DNA of 64,000 nucleotides from Trichodelitschia bisporula. Taxonomy: Eukaryota. Made by a program: the position numbers and the translations under genes. How positions within the stretch are numbered: position 1 is the first letter of the stretch; each line of letters begins with the position of its first letter. The stretch lies in contig ML996688.1 in NCBI GenBank assembly GCA_010356995.1, forward strand, positions 1,524,579-1,588,578. Reading direction: 5' to 3'. Below are positions 13,214 through 26,149 of this stretch, in pieces. The notes beneath the pieces were generated by a model. The model did not search any database. It had not been told where the DNA came from and worked only from the letters and a program-made list of their open reading frames with translations.

Positions 13214-14085
13214 TGGTTGGGGAATGGGTTTCTTGTGCATATTTCGGTCGGTCTTTGCGATGGCTTGCGGTGCTCAAAAGCGTGCGTCTTTGTGTCTTTT
13301 CACTGGGGGTGTATTGGGGTTGGGGCGATGGGTGGGTTGTTGTTTTTTTTTTTTTTTTTCGGGGCGTGTGGCTAGAGTTTTCATGGTTTTAAAGGGTTGT
13401 GCGCACGGAGGCCGAGATCGAGATGGAAGTTGAGCTTTCTCCTCACAACGCTCGCTCTCTCGCTTCGCTCGCTGCGGAATACATACTACATCGGGGGGAG
13501 CACGACGCTTTATTTTCGCAGCTTGTTTGGCGGAAGGGAGGCGTGGGAGCTGCATTCTGTTGTAAAACATTGGGATGGCGTTTTCTGTTCGATTGAAGGC
13601 AGGGGAGGAGTTTGTTTTTGCTGCGCACTACAGCTACTGCCTGATGTCGCTGCTCCTGCTGCCGCCGCTGCGCCGTTCATCTTGCGGGCTCGCTGCGAGC
13701 TTAATTACGATTCATGGGCGGGATGGGGGATGGTACGGTAATGCGAGGCTGGCTGGCGGTGGGGATGGGCTGGTAATAGGATAGATAGATGTATGATGTC
13801 TGTTCGCGATATGCTGTGCGGTGATTGCTGGGGAGTGATGGTGATTTATCGAGGCGGATTACGCTCATAAAGAGGACATAGCGGATTCGGCCCTCTCTCT
13901 CTCTGCCATCCCGACGTCTATCAAAGTCTCTCTCCTCGAGCCTCAGCCGAGGAGGTCCATGATTATCCAAAGAGTTACTATCCAGCTCCACACGAACACG
14001 GTTGATATTCAATAGACGTCTCGATTGTATTCTCGTTCAGCTCTATCCACACGTCGTTGATCGTCCGCAGGACGAACACCCACTC

Positions 14086-15375
14086 TCACTTCCTCGCCTC
14101 AGCAACACATCTCGCACAAGCACACTCGAACCCCCAAAACTGCTTCAACCGCTCCCTCCTCTCCTCGACCCGTAACCCCTTCTCATCGCCCCCAAGATAA
14201 CTGATACATAGCTCCTCTCCCTCCCCCACGCCCCGCCCCTCATCCTTAACCCAAAACTCCCACCCCCTCCCCACCCTCCTCTTCCCCACATTCGGCGCAC
14301 AGCTATGATTGAAATAACTCGCCTCAGGCCACACCCCATACCCAAGGTACTCGTCCCCTCCGCCACCAGCATCATACACGCCCTTCTCCCCCTCTCCAAA
14401 TCCCGAGCCAACATCCCGCACCCCAAACGCATTCCAGTTCTCCACCCCGGCGAGCCTCCTCAGCAGCCCCGGATCCACAGCTCCTACCACTTCCCAGGGC
14501 AAAACGACCAGCAAAGCTCCCACCCCCGCCGCCCAGGCATGCATCTCCCCCTCCGTTCGCCACGGCACCGCTTCACCCACCAGTCTTTCCAAAGCCGCAT
14601 CCCACGCCGCTCCTTCCCGTGCCCGGTTCAGTACGCTGTTCAGCATGAACCGCAGCACGTCAGGGTCCGGCGAAGTTGTTGGGTTGAGGGCTTGGGCGAG
14701 GGTGTTGCGCGGGGGCGCGGCTTCGGGTAGCGTCCGGAGCACCGCGTAGTCCCGCTGCCACTTTTCGGCCCGAGCCCGCGCACGCAGAATATGCGTCCGC
14801 CGTGCGTCGAGCGTACTGGTTAGGTCATCGGCCTGCTCAACCGTCGGGCGCGGGCCCGTGGGTTGTGACTCCGGCTCCGGGGCGCGGCGGGCGGCTCGCG
14901 CGAGGAACGTGTCTACGGCCGCCATGGAGGCGAGGGCGAGGTCCTTGCCTCTCGGACCCTTGACCTCCTCTTCCTCCCCGAGACCAGTCCAACTCTCCTC
15001 CCAGGCAGCGCGACATGCCTCGGTGCAGAACACCCCGGGTGGGTGTGGGCGGACGGGCCAGATGCGGCCGAGGTCGTAGGCGAGACACCAGGCGCAGACT
15101 TCGCGGCGGTGGGCGCGGAGGATGGTGGATGCGAGCAGGGAGGAGGTGGATAGGAGGGGGGTTGAGGGGGGGAGGGGGGCGGTAGTGAAGACGCCTGTTC
15201 CTGAGTGGGGGGTGGGGAGGAGGGTGTAGGGTTTTAATGGGAGATAGATGGAGAGCGAGGAGAGGTCGAGTGTGGCGGCCTTTGCTTGGAGGGTTGGCGA
15301 GGGGAAGGTTGAAGTCGAGGTTGAGGTTGGGGTTGAAGTGGAGGGAGTCGGCTGGTCGGAGAAGAGGTCGGTCAT
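14086..15375 (-). CDS. SET-domain lysine methyltransferase (SMYD/Set6-like)
   Basis: Split SET domain: GTGVFTT, MYND-like CAWC...FCTEAC, ASYFNHSCAPN, GEELCISY and post-SET FECACARC. The first in-frame ATG is at 15375. The ORF track extends further via TTG. Confidence 0.88.
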   Translation of the reverse strand: MTDLFSDQPTPSTSTPTSTSTSTFPSPTLQAKAATLDLSSLSIYLPLKPYTLLPTPHSGTGVFTTAPLPPSTPLLSTSSLLASTILRAHRREVCAWCLAYDLGRIWPVRPHPPGVFCTEACRAAWEESWTGLGEEEEVKGPRGKDLALASMAAVDTFLARAARRAPEPESQPTGPRPTVEQADDLTSTLDARRTHILRARARAEKWQRDYAVLRTLPEAAPPRNTLAQALNPTTSPDPDVLRFMLNSVLNRAREGAAWDAALERLVGEAVPWRTEGEMHAWAAGVGALLVVLPWEVVGAVDPGLLRRLAGVENWNAFGVRDVGSGFGEGEKGVYDAGGGGDEYLGYGVWPEASYFNHSCAPNVGKRRVGRGWEFWVKDEGRGVGEGEELCISYLGGDEKGLRVEERRERLKQFWGFECACARCVAEARK

Positions 15376-16247
15376 GGTGGAGGTTCCTCGAGGGAATGGG
15401 GATGAGCGCTGTGAGTGTGGAGTATGCGTTGGCGATGCTGTGTCTGCGGCAGTGCGTCCTTGAGGTCCGTTCACGAGGCGGATAGGTGCGTGAACGCCTG
15501 GTTCTTCTGTTACACTGGATCCACGCAGTACGTCCTTGGTACCTGTTGACGATATTGATAGGTGCCTTGAGCGCGAAGTCGTTGACCGTAACGCTGTATC
15601 CACGGCAGTACGTTGGTACGTCCTCAATTCCCGTTCCCTAGGCTTGAGCCGCGCTGAATCCAACCCAGCCTCGCGTAGCCCAAATGCAGAAACGATCTGC
15701 CAAAACCACGTTTTTTTAGCTCCCTCTCCAGATCCAACCCAAAAAAATTCCTAGTCTCTTCTCCTCTCCATCGCCCGTCCAGATTGAAATAATAATACCA
15801 AAGCCATGGCGCCCACGATTCGTACCTGTAAAAGGAGTAAGAATAAGTTGAAGAAGTGAAATGTAGCTCACTTCCCGCTCTTGTATCTCTAAAAATTCGC
15901 CCCATACATCCGTAATAGCGCTAGCAAACGCATGGTACACCGCCCAGTCCCAACGCCGCTGCGCCGGTGCCGGTCTGGCCGGCTGCATATCGGACAAGCG
16001 AGGCGAGACCTATGGTGCATCCGAGCGAGCCCGAAGGGGAAATGCACGGTGCGGGAAGCGCGCGTGTGATTGGGCGGCGTTTACGGCGGCTCAGGCACGT
16101 CGGGGGGTCCTGACGCGAGCCACGTGCGACGCCACGGTGCCACAGCGCGAACTTCACTTCCACGATCTTACAACTTCCCCGCCAAATCTTTGAACTTCAC
16201 CACCAACACTCTCTACCGTACGACCACCACCCGCCAGACAACCCCCA

Positions 16248-17141
16248 ATGCCGCCAACAAAACGCAAAAAGTCTCTCGCCTCCGGCCGCCCCCCCACCGC
16301 GCGCCCCGTCTCCTCTTCCCTCCCGTCGAAAGTTACGCGACGCATCATCCGCACGCACCACACGCTGCAAAAGGCCCACGCCGCCGCGCTCTCCGCAGGA
16401 GACACCGCTACCGCTTCCACACTTGCGGCGCAAATTGTGGCGCAGGGCGGATTACCTGCGTATCAGCGCGCGAGTACGGTTGGGCAGACGGCGAGCCGCG
16501 GCGGGGACTCGTCGAGGGTGTTGGTTCAGTGGGTGGGGGATATGGGTGTGAAGAAGGAGGGTGAGGGGAAGTACAGGTTGTTGGAGGTCGGGTGCCTGGC
16601 GGTGGATAACGCGTGCGCCAGGAGCGGGGTGTTCGAGGTGGAGAGGATTGATTTACGGAGTCAGCATCCGCTGATCAAGGAGGAGGATTTTATGGAGAGG
16701 CCGCTGCCGCGGGGCGAGGGGGGGGAGGGGAGGTTTCATGTTGTGAGCTTGAGTTTGGTGGTTAATTATGTGCCGGAGGGTGGGGGGAGGGGGGAGATGT
16801 TGAGGAGGGTTAGGGAGTTTCTTGTGCGGGGGCGGGATGGGGATGGGAAGGAGAAGGAGAAGGGCAAGGAGGACGGCGTAGAAAGAGAGAACCCGTTTCC
16901 GGCGCTCTTTCTGGTGCTTCCTGCGCCTTGTGTGACGAATTCGAGGTATCTGGATCAGGAAAGGCTGGAGGGGATTATGAACAGTTTGGGGTTTGTCAAG
17001 ATCCGTGAGAAGGTGTCGGCGAAGCTGGTGTACTACCTATGGAGGCTTGATGGGACTGCGGATCCGAAGCCAATCGCCTTTCCAAAGGTGGAAGTTAATC
17101 CGGGGAAGAAGAGAAATAATTTTGCTATTGTTCTGCGCTGA
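16248..17141 (+). CDS. BMT2: 25S rRNA adenine-N1 methyltransferase
   Basis: Intronless ORF with IIRTHHTL, GGLPAYQRAS, RGGDSS, LLEVGCL, RIDL, EEDFMERPLP, VSLSLVVNYVP, LFLVLPAPCVTNSRY and RNNFAIVL. Confidence 0.9.
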   Translation: MPPTKRKKSLASGRPPTARPVSSSLPSKVTRRIIRTHHTLQKAHAAALSAGDTATASTLAAQIVAQGGLPAYQRASTVGQTASRGGDSSRVLVQWVGDMGVKKEGEGKYRLLEVGCLAVDNACARSGVFEVERIDLRSQHPLIKEEDFMERPLPRGEGGEGRFHVVSLSLVVNYVPEGGGRGEMLRRVREFLVRGRDGDGKEKEKGKEDGVERENPFPALFLVLPAPCVTNSRYLDQERLEGIMNSLGFVKIREKVSAKLVYYLWRLDGTADPKPIAFPKVEVNPGKKRNNFAIVLR

Positions 17142-17551
17142 AGCATGGGAACTGGTGACACCCGAGTGGAGTAGAGCGTCACTGGATGGGGGATATCGGG
17201 AAGGCATCGCGACCGAGGACATGCTCAGCAGGTAAGCTCAAGGATAACGCTATCGGACCCGCCGCTGACTGTCTGTAGAGTTTGCAAGTCCTACGAAGCC
17301 GAGAGATCGAGCATGACGATGTCCAGGCCGGTTAGCGACGATATTCGAATGACATCGGATCCAGTTGTGCCAGTGGAGGACATGGCGATCCATTTCTAGA
17401 GAGGACAGCCTTCCTCCTCAGCGACGTCCAGCAAGAACGAGGATCTATATCGAATCAAGATACCACGCTTCTCAGCATCTCCTCATCATCCAGAACACTA
17501 TGATATTACCATTATCGCATCCAGCGCGAAGATCTAACCCCCCTATACACC

Positions 17552-18528
17552 TCAAACCCCATTCATCGCCCTCACCGCCGCCGCCGGGTCTCCAACACCC
17601 ACAAAATCCACCAACATCACAGTGGGCTTATTCCCCCACTGCCTGTTGCACACATCCGCCTGGCCACCCACACTCCCCGCCCCCGCCGCCGCATTCGTCT
17701 TCGGCGCATTCTGCCGGTCCGGCACCAGCACATTCAAATTCCCCACATTCACAACCTGCTTGTCCAAAAAGTGGTTCACGATGTACATGCTCTGCTTCCC
17801 GTCACCCTGCGCTTTGTTCGCCCGGTCCATGGGGCAGGTGCTAAAGCTGGCGTCGGTGCTGTCGAAGGGCGTTTCGAAGAAGTTGTTGAATTCGTCGAGG
17901 ATGAAGGGGACTTTGGATTCGTCGGCGCCGTAGTCTGGTCTTGCGTCAGTTTTGGAGGGAAGGGGGGAGGAGGGGACGTACCGAGATACAGCACCACCCG
18001 CTTCTTCGTATCGATCATCTCCCCCAAACTCGGCCAATCCCCCTTCGCAAGCGGGCGCGGACTACTCTTCGGCACAAAAAGGTATCCATCCAACCCCACA
18101 CTCTTAATCACATCCGCAAACTTCCCCACATCAACCCGATCCCCATTCGTAAGCAGCACGCTCACCACCTCCCGCGGATTCGCATCCACCCAGCTCCTCA
18201 CCGCCTTCAAGTAATCCGCCACCGCGCCCCCATCTTCCAACAGACAACTCGTGTGGCACATCCGGAGTGCATTATTCCACCAGTGCGTCTGGGAGGTGAG
18301 GAACCGGGCGCCGGCATTGAGTTGGTCCCCGACGGACAGGATTTGGTTTTGTGCCGGGAGGGGGCCGATGAAGGCGCTGTCGTGTGCGCCGAGGTAGGTT
18401 ACGCTGCTGTAGGAGCGTGAACAGAGCGATGGTGAGCCGTTGCAGCTGGATGGTGTAGAGGCGGGGGTGGATACGGTGGGCGGGAAGAGGGTGGGGAGGA
18501 GGGCGGGGAGGAAGGAGGGGAGTTTCAT
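17552..18528 (-). CDS. Secreted PI-PLC-X / PLC-like phosphodiesterase, 2 exons
   Basis: Signal-like N-terminus, CNGSPSLCSRSYSSVTYLGAHDS, QLNAGARFL, MCHTSC, WVDANPREVV, NHFLD and KPTVMLVDF. Intron 17981-17935. Confidence 0.88.
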
Positions 18529-20105
18529 GGCTGGTGGGAGGGGAGCTCAAAGGCACCGCCAAAGGAATGTAGACGGAAGATGTAAGTCGGAAAGGACGGT
18601 AAATAGAACAGGATATTAGATCCGCGCGCGCCCGCGCCCGGAGGCGGTATATCTATATGCACACACGTACATCCTCTTACTCGGGCCCCCTATAAAACGG
18701 TCTCGAAGCGAAACACATCCAATCCCAACGCCCTCGCGTGTCGTTTCAGTAGCTATAAAATCCAATAGGGCCCGCCTGCTGCGCCCTGGATCCTCGTGCC
18801 AGGCTGGCCCGATTGGGTCGGCCCGCGTGGGGCGTGTCATTGGCCGGGTGACCAAATAAGCTTGTTCCGCGGGAGAGATCTTAGTGGTCGGATGACAGAT
18901 CTGAGTGGTGGGAAGGGGGGATCGCGCGGCTCGCCCTTTGTTCTGGCGTTGTCTGGGCCCCGGCGCGCGGTTCCAGTGGCGCGTGAGCCGCAACCTGGGG
19001 TTGAGAGGACTGGGTGGCCGAAGTCTCATCTTGGGCAGATTGGGCTGCGGAGACCTACCGTCGTCGCCACATGATAGTGGGCGAGTCGCTGTTTCGTCTT
19101 GGGATGTTTGGAAATGGTTGGAGTTTGAGGGGCACGGTACTTTTGCATAGCCGCTTGATTGGGCGCGCGCTATGGTTCGTTTGGCGTATTGGAGTGCGGC
19201 TGGAGTTTTCGAGTCCGAGTGTCAGTGAGGCTGAAGCAGTTCGATCGAGATGCTATGGCTTGCCGTCCAGGGGTCGGCTGGAAAAGTGGCTGCCATTCTG
19301 TCCAGGCGGCGCTGCGGGTGGGAGCAGCCATGACTTTCTTTGGGTGGCGCTTGGTCTCGACTCCACGATCCCAACCGCAAGTCGACGCGAGCAGAGAATC
19401 ACGAAAGACTCGGTAAGATAGACGAAGGGATATGGACGACGTCGTTTAGCACCTGACCGAGTGCTTCATACGATCCGTACACCCATACCACACCCCTTTT
19501 TCAAGATATCTCAGTTTCCTGCGATGAAGATCTGAGAGAGGGGAGTCTACGTCACGCAGCGATGCAGAATCAACGTCAGGCTGTCACCAAATCCATCCTG
19601 TACGACAGCTATGATACCGATCTCCACAGTCCATCGTAAGGCACACGCAGCCCGTCAACCACTTGAAATATCCAAGTTCGCGGTGTTGCCGACCTGCCGG
19701 GTGCCGATACCTGGATGGGCTCGTTCCATCCGGTCGCAATACTCCAGCGTAGCGATATCATCATCATTTCACGCAGCTTTTCTCAATTTTACCGATACTT
19801 GGAATGGTCTCGGCATGACCAATAGGCAAGGCGTCGCTCGCAAGGCCAGATACGTGTCCGTCTCCGTGGGGTGTGGGCAATTTGCTCGCGCGATCGTTGC
19901 ATCTGCATTTCCCCGCAACGCTTTGATCTGTCGACAATCCCATGTGGCCAGAGGTCGTGCCGTTAGTCTCATACAGCACTCCTGCCCTGTGTTTAATCTG
20001 AACTTGGAAAGCTGCTCATGCTGCAGGCGAGGAGACAGTCACACTTCTTCCCGGCTTGTTCGTTCTGATGCCATTTGCGTATTCGTACAAATCCCGCACC
20101 CTGTT

Positions 20106-21234
20106 CTAATTGACCAGCTTGCCATAAAACGGCAACCCAATGCTCGACAGCAGCAACCGTGCCTCCTTATCATTCTTCGCCGTCGTATGCACCGTAATAT
20201 GCATCCCAGGAATCATTTTCGGCGGGTACCTGCAAACACATTAGCCCCGTCCCAACCACCCCCATCCTCCCCAAAAACTCACATATCATAATTAACCTCC
20301 ACCTCCGGAAACAACGCCACCCCCTCCGCCCCAATCCCAAACGAAATATTCCCCGTACTATCCCCACTACTCCCCTTCAACCCCCTCCACTCCTTAATCC
20401 GCGGCAGCACTATCTCCACCACCTTCGCCAGAAAGTTATGCATATCCTCGCCCCTAAGATCCGCGGTCACGCTTACGTACCGCCCCGCCTTGAGGCCCCA
20501 TTGCAAGATACTATTTCGCGCGCGGTGTGTCTCGGCCCGTACGTTGGTCACCGCCTGCACCACCATCCCCGCAACATGCAGATACGCGCTGTCCTTTATC
20601 GCCTCCGACGCCATCGTGTGCACCGTCACCCGCTCTATCTTCGGCACGTTCCGAAATGTAATCGGCGCGTGCAGCGGGAGCAACACTGCGTTTCCCTTCG
20701 GTGCGCGCAACGGCCGCCCCGCGAAGTACGGCGACTCGCCTTCCCAGCTTCGCAACCGCTGGCCTACGGGCCCGCGTTGCTGGCCAAGGGGTACGTGGGT
20801 GTATGTTTGGGCGAGCATGTCGGGTGCAATGGTGCTGGTGTATGTTTGCGCGAGGCGCGGGAGGGAGAAGGGGCCGGGGACGAAGAGACGGGAGGACGGG
20901 TCTGAGGGGGGGGGAGGTTGGTGCGGGTGGAGGGGGCCGCGGTAGAATTTGGGGGAGCGGAAGCGGTATCTGGGATGTTAGATGGGAAGTTGATGGGGGA
21001 GGATGGCGGGACGGACCTGCTGGCGGGCAGCTGCTTGGGCCGCGCGCGCGATTGTCCCACGGGATTGAATTCTGAGGCGTCGCGGGGGGGAGGAGTGAAG
21101 GAGGTCGGCTCGAGGTCGGCGTCGTCGGCGGCGGCGGAGCTGTATGTGCGGTTTGAGGGGGAGGGGCGGAGACAGCTTGTGCAGGTTGAGCGGGCGAGGC
21201 GCCGGAGCGCGGTGGGCGCTTCGCGGAGGGCCAT
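20106..21234 (-). CDS. MRPL7: Mitochondrial large-subunit ribosomal protein uL5m, 3 exons
   Basis: Arg/Ser-rich presequence. Introns 21016-20970 and 20282-20230 give YRFRSPKFYRGPLHP, SSGDSTGNISFG, FPEVEVNYDMYP and C-terminal ARLLLSSIGLPFYGKLVN-stop. Confidence 0.92.
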
Positions 21235-23358
21235 TGGGGAGGAATTGGCGGGGAGATGTTGGTGATGGTGGTGTTGGTGTGGAGTTGAAGATTTCCGTTT
21301 GGGATGTGGTCTGTGCGTGGATGGGGGGCGTGATTGGGTGGTGGGGGGGTTTTGCTTGACGACGGACGAGATGGGAGAAAATGTTCAGTGCTTCCTTTGA
21401 TAGTTCGTTGGAGTTTGGGCATAGAAGTAGTAGGGACTTTCATTCTGAACTATGTGGATTGCTTGTTTCTATCCAATTGTCTACAGTTCAAAGACTGTAC
21501 GAACAGTGGGAGCGCGCTTTGGATGTACGGAGGAGACGCATGTAGCTACTCTTCCTCCGGTGAAGGATTCCTTCGAGAGAAGCTTGATACAAGTCCAGAA
21601 TACTCATACCCTGCGAGTGCCCGGCCTTGCTGCAGTTCGTAGTGAATTAGGCAAGTGGTAGAGCATGGTGGCCGAAATGGGTTCATGCGTCCAACCTCAC
21701 TTGGAACAGATACGAGGCGAGCACAAACGATGCTGCCTGTCCGTATTCATGTCAATGCCGTGAATGTCTCGTGGATGTGGCGCCAATACGGTAAGCTGAG
21801 ATGCACTGCTGTTGAGAAACTTGTTTTCCAACTGCCGTGCCGACGTTCGGCGAACAAACATAAGGCTAATCCTCAGTCCACTTGAGCCTCCGAGATATCT
21901 GCACCAAGTCCGAGACGCGTTGCCTGATGGGCATAACCTGCAGGATAAGTACGGTACGGTCTGCCACGAACGTGGAATAAAAACCGGCCAACGATAGCCA
22001 GGAGTAGCTAGACGGAGAATTCATGCTTCAGTTAGATCTCCTTACCCACGGTCTGGAACCCAGACCAAACCGAATCCTGGCGGCACATCCGACTTTCTCG
22101 GCAAGGAGAAAATCCATCAACCACAGGCACTGCGCCGGGTGGGTCGCATCGCCACAGGCATCCGAATAAAAGCAAGGCTCGGCAGCTGCTTTGGCTTAAC
22201 ATAATCAGGCAACGGCATTTTTCGTAATCGGAGCGGCCCGTAGCTCAGGACGGCACACGTAACCTTACCGTAGTGGTCTCGCCACCTGATGCGGCTGCTA
22301 ACTAGGCGACACCGGAAGCGAAAGAATTGTCCGGCGCCGACAAAAGTTGAGCGGCACAGGTGACCGGCCATGGCGTGGGGTCGTTGGGATGACGCAGGCC
22401 TTGACAAAGACACGGAGTTTGGAGTTTACTGATGCTCCGAAAGCCTTTCGCCGCATCGTGAGGAGGGGGGTTAGGTTATCCATGGCGGCGCAGAATGACG
22501 TGAAAGGGGGGAGACGGACTGCCTGTCAAAAGTGTGAAGAACGCTGGGATATGCCTTCTTGTCGGCGAAAGATCTGCGACGCCGTGCTCTACCACCTGTT
22601 CAACCTGGTGCAGGGCTGGGCGCTAGAGATGGTAGTGTGCATACTGCTAGCCAATGTACTGTAGGCCGCAGCGGGGTTGGTCGTGGGTTTGCGGTAGTCT
22701 ACTGCGTAGGATGGAGAACTTTGGGGAGCTGAGGAGAGGGGTGGGAGCAGACTGGGGTGACGTTGATAGGGGAGGGGGATGTGAAGGATTCGGGGAAGAA
22801 GAAAGAGGATGTTGCATTTCGAGGGGCATTTGGGGGAGTTGCCTGGCCTCAGCTTTCACTGCACTAAGGTTATTGCCGGAACTTCAAGTGGCCAGATCAA
22901 CAAAGATCTTCAACCACAGCCTACAACCTATTTCTCACCACCTAAAAACTTCCCTAGTTTGTGTAGTTTAGCGGAGGGAAATAAGGACGGACATTCAACA
23001 ACCCCCACCAACACCCCCCCCCCCCCGCGATACAACGTACGCGCCCAGCCTTTTTGACGTCGCCTTCCCTAATTTCGCCTCTCCCGCCGCTCTCCACACC
23101 CCGAACCCGCGACTCTTGATCTGCTTAGGCTCTCAGCCTCTCCTCATCTCCCCAACCGCTTCCTCTTCTTCATCTTCTTTTTACCCAGCTCATACTTCCT
23201 GCAAAAGTATACCAGCAAAAGCTTCTCTCCCATTCAATCCATCCATCGCGTCTCTCCACTCGACTCGACTCGACTCTTCTCTACCCCAGCCCCCCACCTC
23301 ATCTCCCCCCGCACCTTCGACCTAACCCCATGGACGCGCCCTTTGCTCCGCCCATATC

Positions 23359-25843
23359 ATGAACACCGTTACGAGGTTTCTTAGCAAGCGGGAGAAGAAA
23401 CACAAGGACCACTCGCACGACAAGGTATGCTCCAGTGCCTGCAAATAGCCGTCACCTGCGTCGATCCCCCAGCTAGCTCTCACATGCCATTGCTAACGTC
23501 GGCTCGCGCTTTGGTTGTAGCCACACGTTCATAAGGACCTCTACCGCATATTCCACCTCGATGACTCTGCCAGCTCCATCCGCCGCAAGCTCGACCGTGA
23601 TGAAGAGAAGAAGATTAAGACGGTGCTGCAGCGCCTAGAGCAGCACAACATCACGGACCTAAAGGACGCTCAAGTCGAATACGCCCTTCGTTCCAAGGCA
23701 TCTGATGGCGATTGTGACAAGGCGTTTGAGCTCTTGCTGCTCTTCCAGGATGCGCTGCATGGCGTTGTGCGTCCACTTGACATGGAAATGAAGCTGTTGG
23801 GTGCAGAGAACCGCGAAAACGTGACCTGCTATATCGACTCGCTGCTGTTCGCCATGTTTGCGCGTACCGACAGCTTCGATACCATGCTGACAGCCGAGAG
23901 GGATGGTGATCTGAGGCGGCTCGTGACACTTCTGCGGTTGTGGGTCAACATGCTGCGTACGGGAAAGTTGATCACGGTTGACATTGTAAGCGCCGTTAGC
24001 ATCTTGTAACTCTTGTCTCTAACCCCTCCCTAGACCAAACACATGCAAGATGCTCTCGGCGCCTGTGGTTGGGAAGAAGCCTCTCTCCTGCGCCAGCAGG
24101 ACGTCTCCGAAGCCTTCGCCTTCATCACGGGCAAGCTGAACCTGCCGCTCCTCACTCTTAAAATGGATGTCTACCATACGGGCAAGGAGGACAAGGATGA
24201 TCACCGCATCGTCCGCGAACGCCTCCTCGAGGTTGCCATCCCTCCTCCGCCCACCGATGGCAGTGCCGTCAAGCTCGAGGACTGCCTCGAGTCGTACTTC
24301 AACAACAAGATCGAGGTGAAGCGGCACCTGCAGCGCCGCAACACGCTGCAGTCCGTGCGTGCGTCCGATATTAAGAAGGTCAACGTCGCACAGGTCGAAC
24401 ACCTGGAGCTGCGCTCCAATTCGCCCAGTAGGACGCTGGATCGCCACTTTTTCCCCAGGGATACTAACGACCTGGCAGCGAGCATCTTCAGCCAGCGTCA
24501 TGTTGATGTTGGCGAGCTGGTGGAGAAGCGTACGCGCGACGACATGCTGCTCAATTCCCGCACACGCTCTGGAACCATTAGGCGGGAGGTCCTGATGCCG
24601 GCCTGGCAGTTCTTCAGCCTTATCCGTTTGTCTTTCCCGCCTGCACTCGTCATATGAAGCCTCGCTAACCTCCCACTCAGCATGGTACACGCAAAACCGA
24701 CCCCAAAACGACGAGCAAGTCGTCGCCCATCTCTCCACAAAGCGGCCAGTGCTCGGCATCTGCCTCAAGCGGTACAGCATGACCCCCGAAGGCGTCGGCA
24801 CCCGGCTGGACACCTATATCGACATCCCCCTCGAAATCGGCCTCCCACACTTCATATCCGACTCCAACGGCGACTCCTCCTACGAACCCTCCTTTACCAA
24901 CTTCAAACTCAGCCTGCAATCCGTCATCTGCCACCGCGGCAAATCCCTCGATGCGGGGCACTACATATCCCTTGTCCGCGGACCCCCCTCCGGCGCCGCC
25001 TGGCTGCGCTTTGACGACCTGGCCCGCGAGCGTGTGACACCCGTCGATATGCCCGAAGCGCTCCGCGCTGAATGCCCCTATCTCCTTTTCTACCAGGTCG
25101 TCCCCATTGACGCCAACGGCGCTTGGATCGAGGACCCGCCAGCGTATGAGACGCTAAAGCACACCTTCGCGGGCACCAACGGCACCGCCGTTCCGCAGGA
25201 TGCTGTCACCGACACCACTGAATCCGCCGTCGATACGGCCTCCGAATCCTCGGGCCCGGTGGGCGGGTTAACCGTCGTTGTCGCGTCCGCCAGCGCACCG
25301 GATACATCTTCTCCCACAGAGCGCGGCTTACTGTCTCCGGGAAAGAACAGCAGCGCGCCCGAGAGCCCCAGCGCGCGCGCCGAACAGCCGGGAGAAGCGG
25401 GCGTCCGCCCATATAGTCTCGATCTTGGCCATTTGGTCGCGAACAACTTATCCGAACGCCGCGTGAGCATCGGCTTCACGGACGGTCCATCCCCGGCCGA
25501 AACACCCGACAGCGGGGCCGGGACACCCAGCGAGGAGCGGACGAGTTTCCTGGGGGTGGGGACTAGGGCGGGGCGCGGGTGGCGGAGGGCGAGGAGTGGG
25601 CAGCGGGCGCGGAGTGGGACGCGCGAGGGCGGGATGTGGAAGTTGAGTAAGAAGAGTAAGGAGAATGGGGATGTGGCGGTTGAGGATGGGGAGGATGGGG
25701 ACGTTGGTGGGGGGAAGGAGAAGGGTGTTAGGAGGGGGAGGTCCTTGATGCATCCGAAGAAAGTGCTTAAGAGTGGGAGTTTTTCCTATGGGAGTGGGAA
25801 TGGGAGTGGCGGGGAATTGGAGAGGCAGTGTGTTGTTATGTAG
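23359..25843 (+). CDS. Ubiquitin-specific protease (peptidase C19, CYLD-like Cys box) with C-terminal CaaX, 4 exons
   Basis: Introns 23425-23520, 23986-24033 and 24626-24680 all keep frame. Cys box NVTCYIDSLLFAMF, QQDVSEAF, CLKRY, His box CHRG...AGHY...WLRFDD and YLLFY. Ends CVVM-stop. Confidence 0.9.
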
Positions 25844-26149
25844 GTTTTTCTCTTGGCAAGGGAGAAGGGGGGGGTGAAAATGGGCGGCGTTGATGGTGCG
25901 ACGGTAAAAGGCATGGATAACGGATGACCGGCGTTTTGGCGGGTTACTGGGTAATATGGTATGGTGGGGGATTCTGATACGGGGTTTGTTCTGCATTGGG
26001 CGGGCGGATGGGGCACGTTCGGCGTGTGGTGGGTGGTGTTCAGGCGACGGTGGTGTATTGATAGACTGGCGGGTATGAGTGCCCGAATGAATGGACGCTT
26101 TGCGATGTCAAGGTTTGCGCTGCGTGGTCCGGTGTTCACGTCGATGTTT

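Noticed and set aside
11966..13240. Long antisense ORFs (also 3222-4130, 27937-29217, 49310-50077, 62437-63570)
   Set aside because: They are shadow frames of real high-GC3 genes on the opposite strand and show no family motifs.
15376..15663. N-terminal extension of the SET ORF
   Set aside because: It depends on a TTG start and is more likely 5' UTR.
21650..22500. Fragmentary minus-strand ORFs upstream of MRPL7
   Set aside because: They could be a gene relic, but there is no recognisable domain to support a call.
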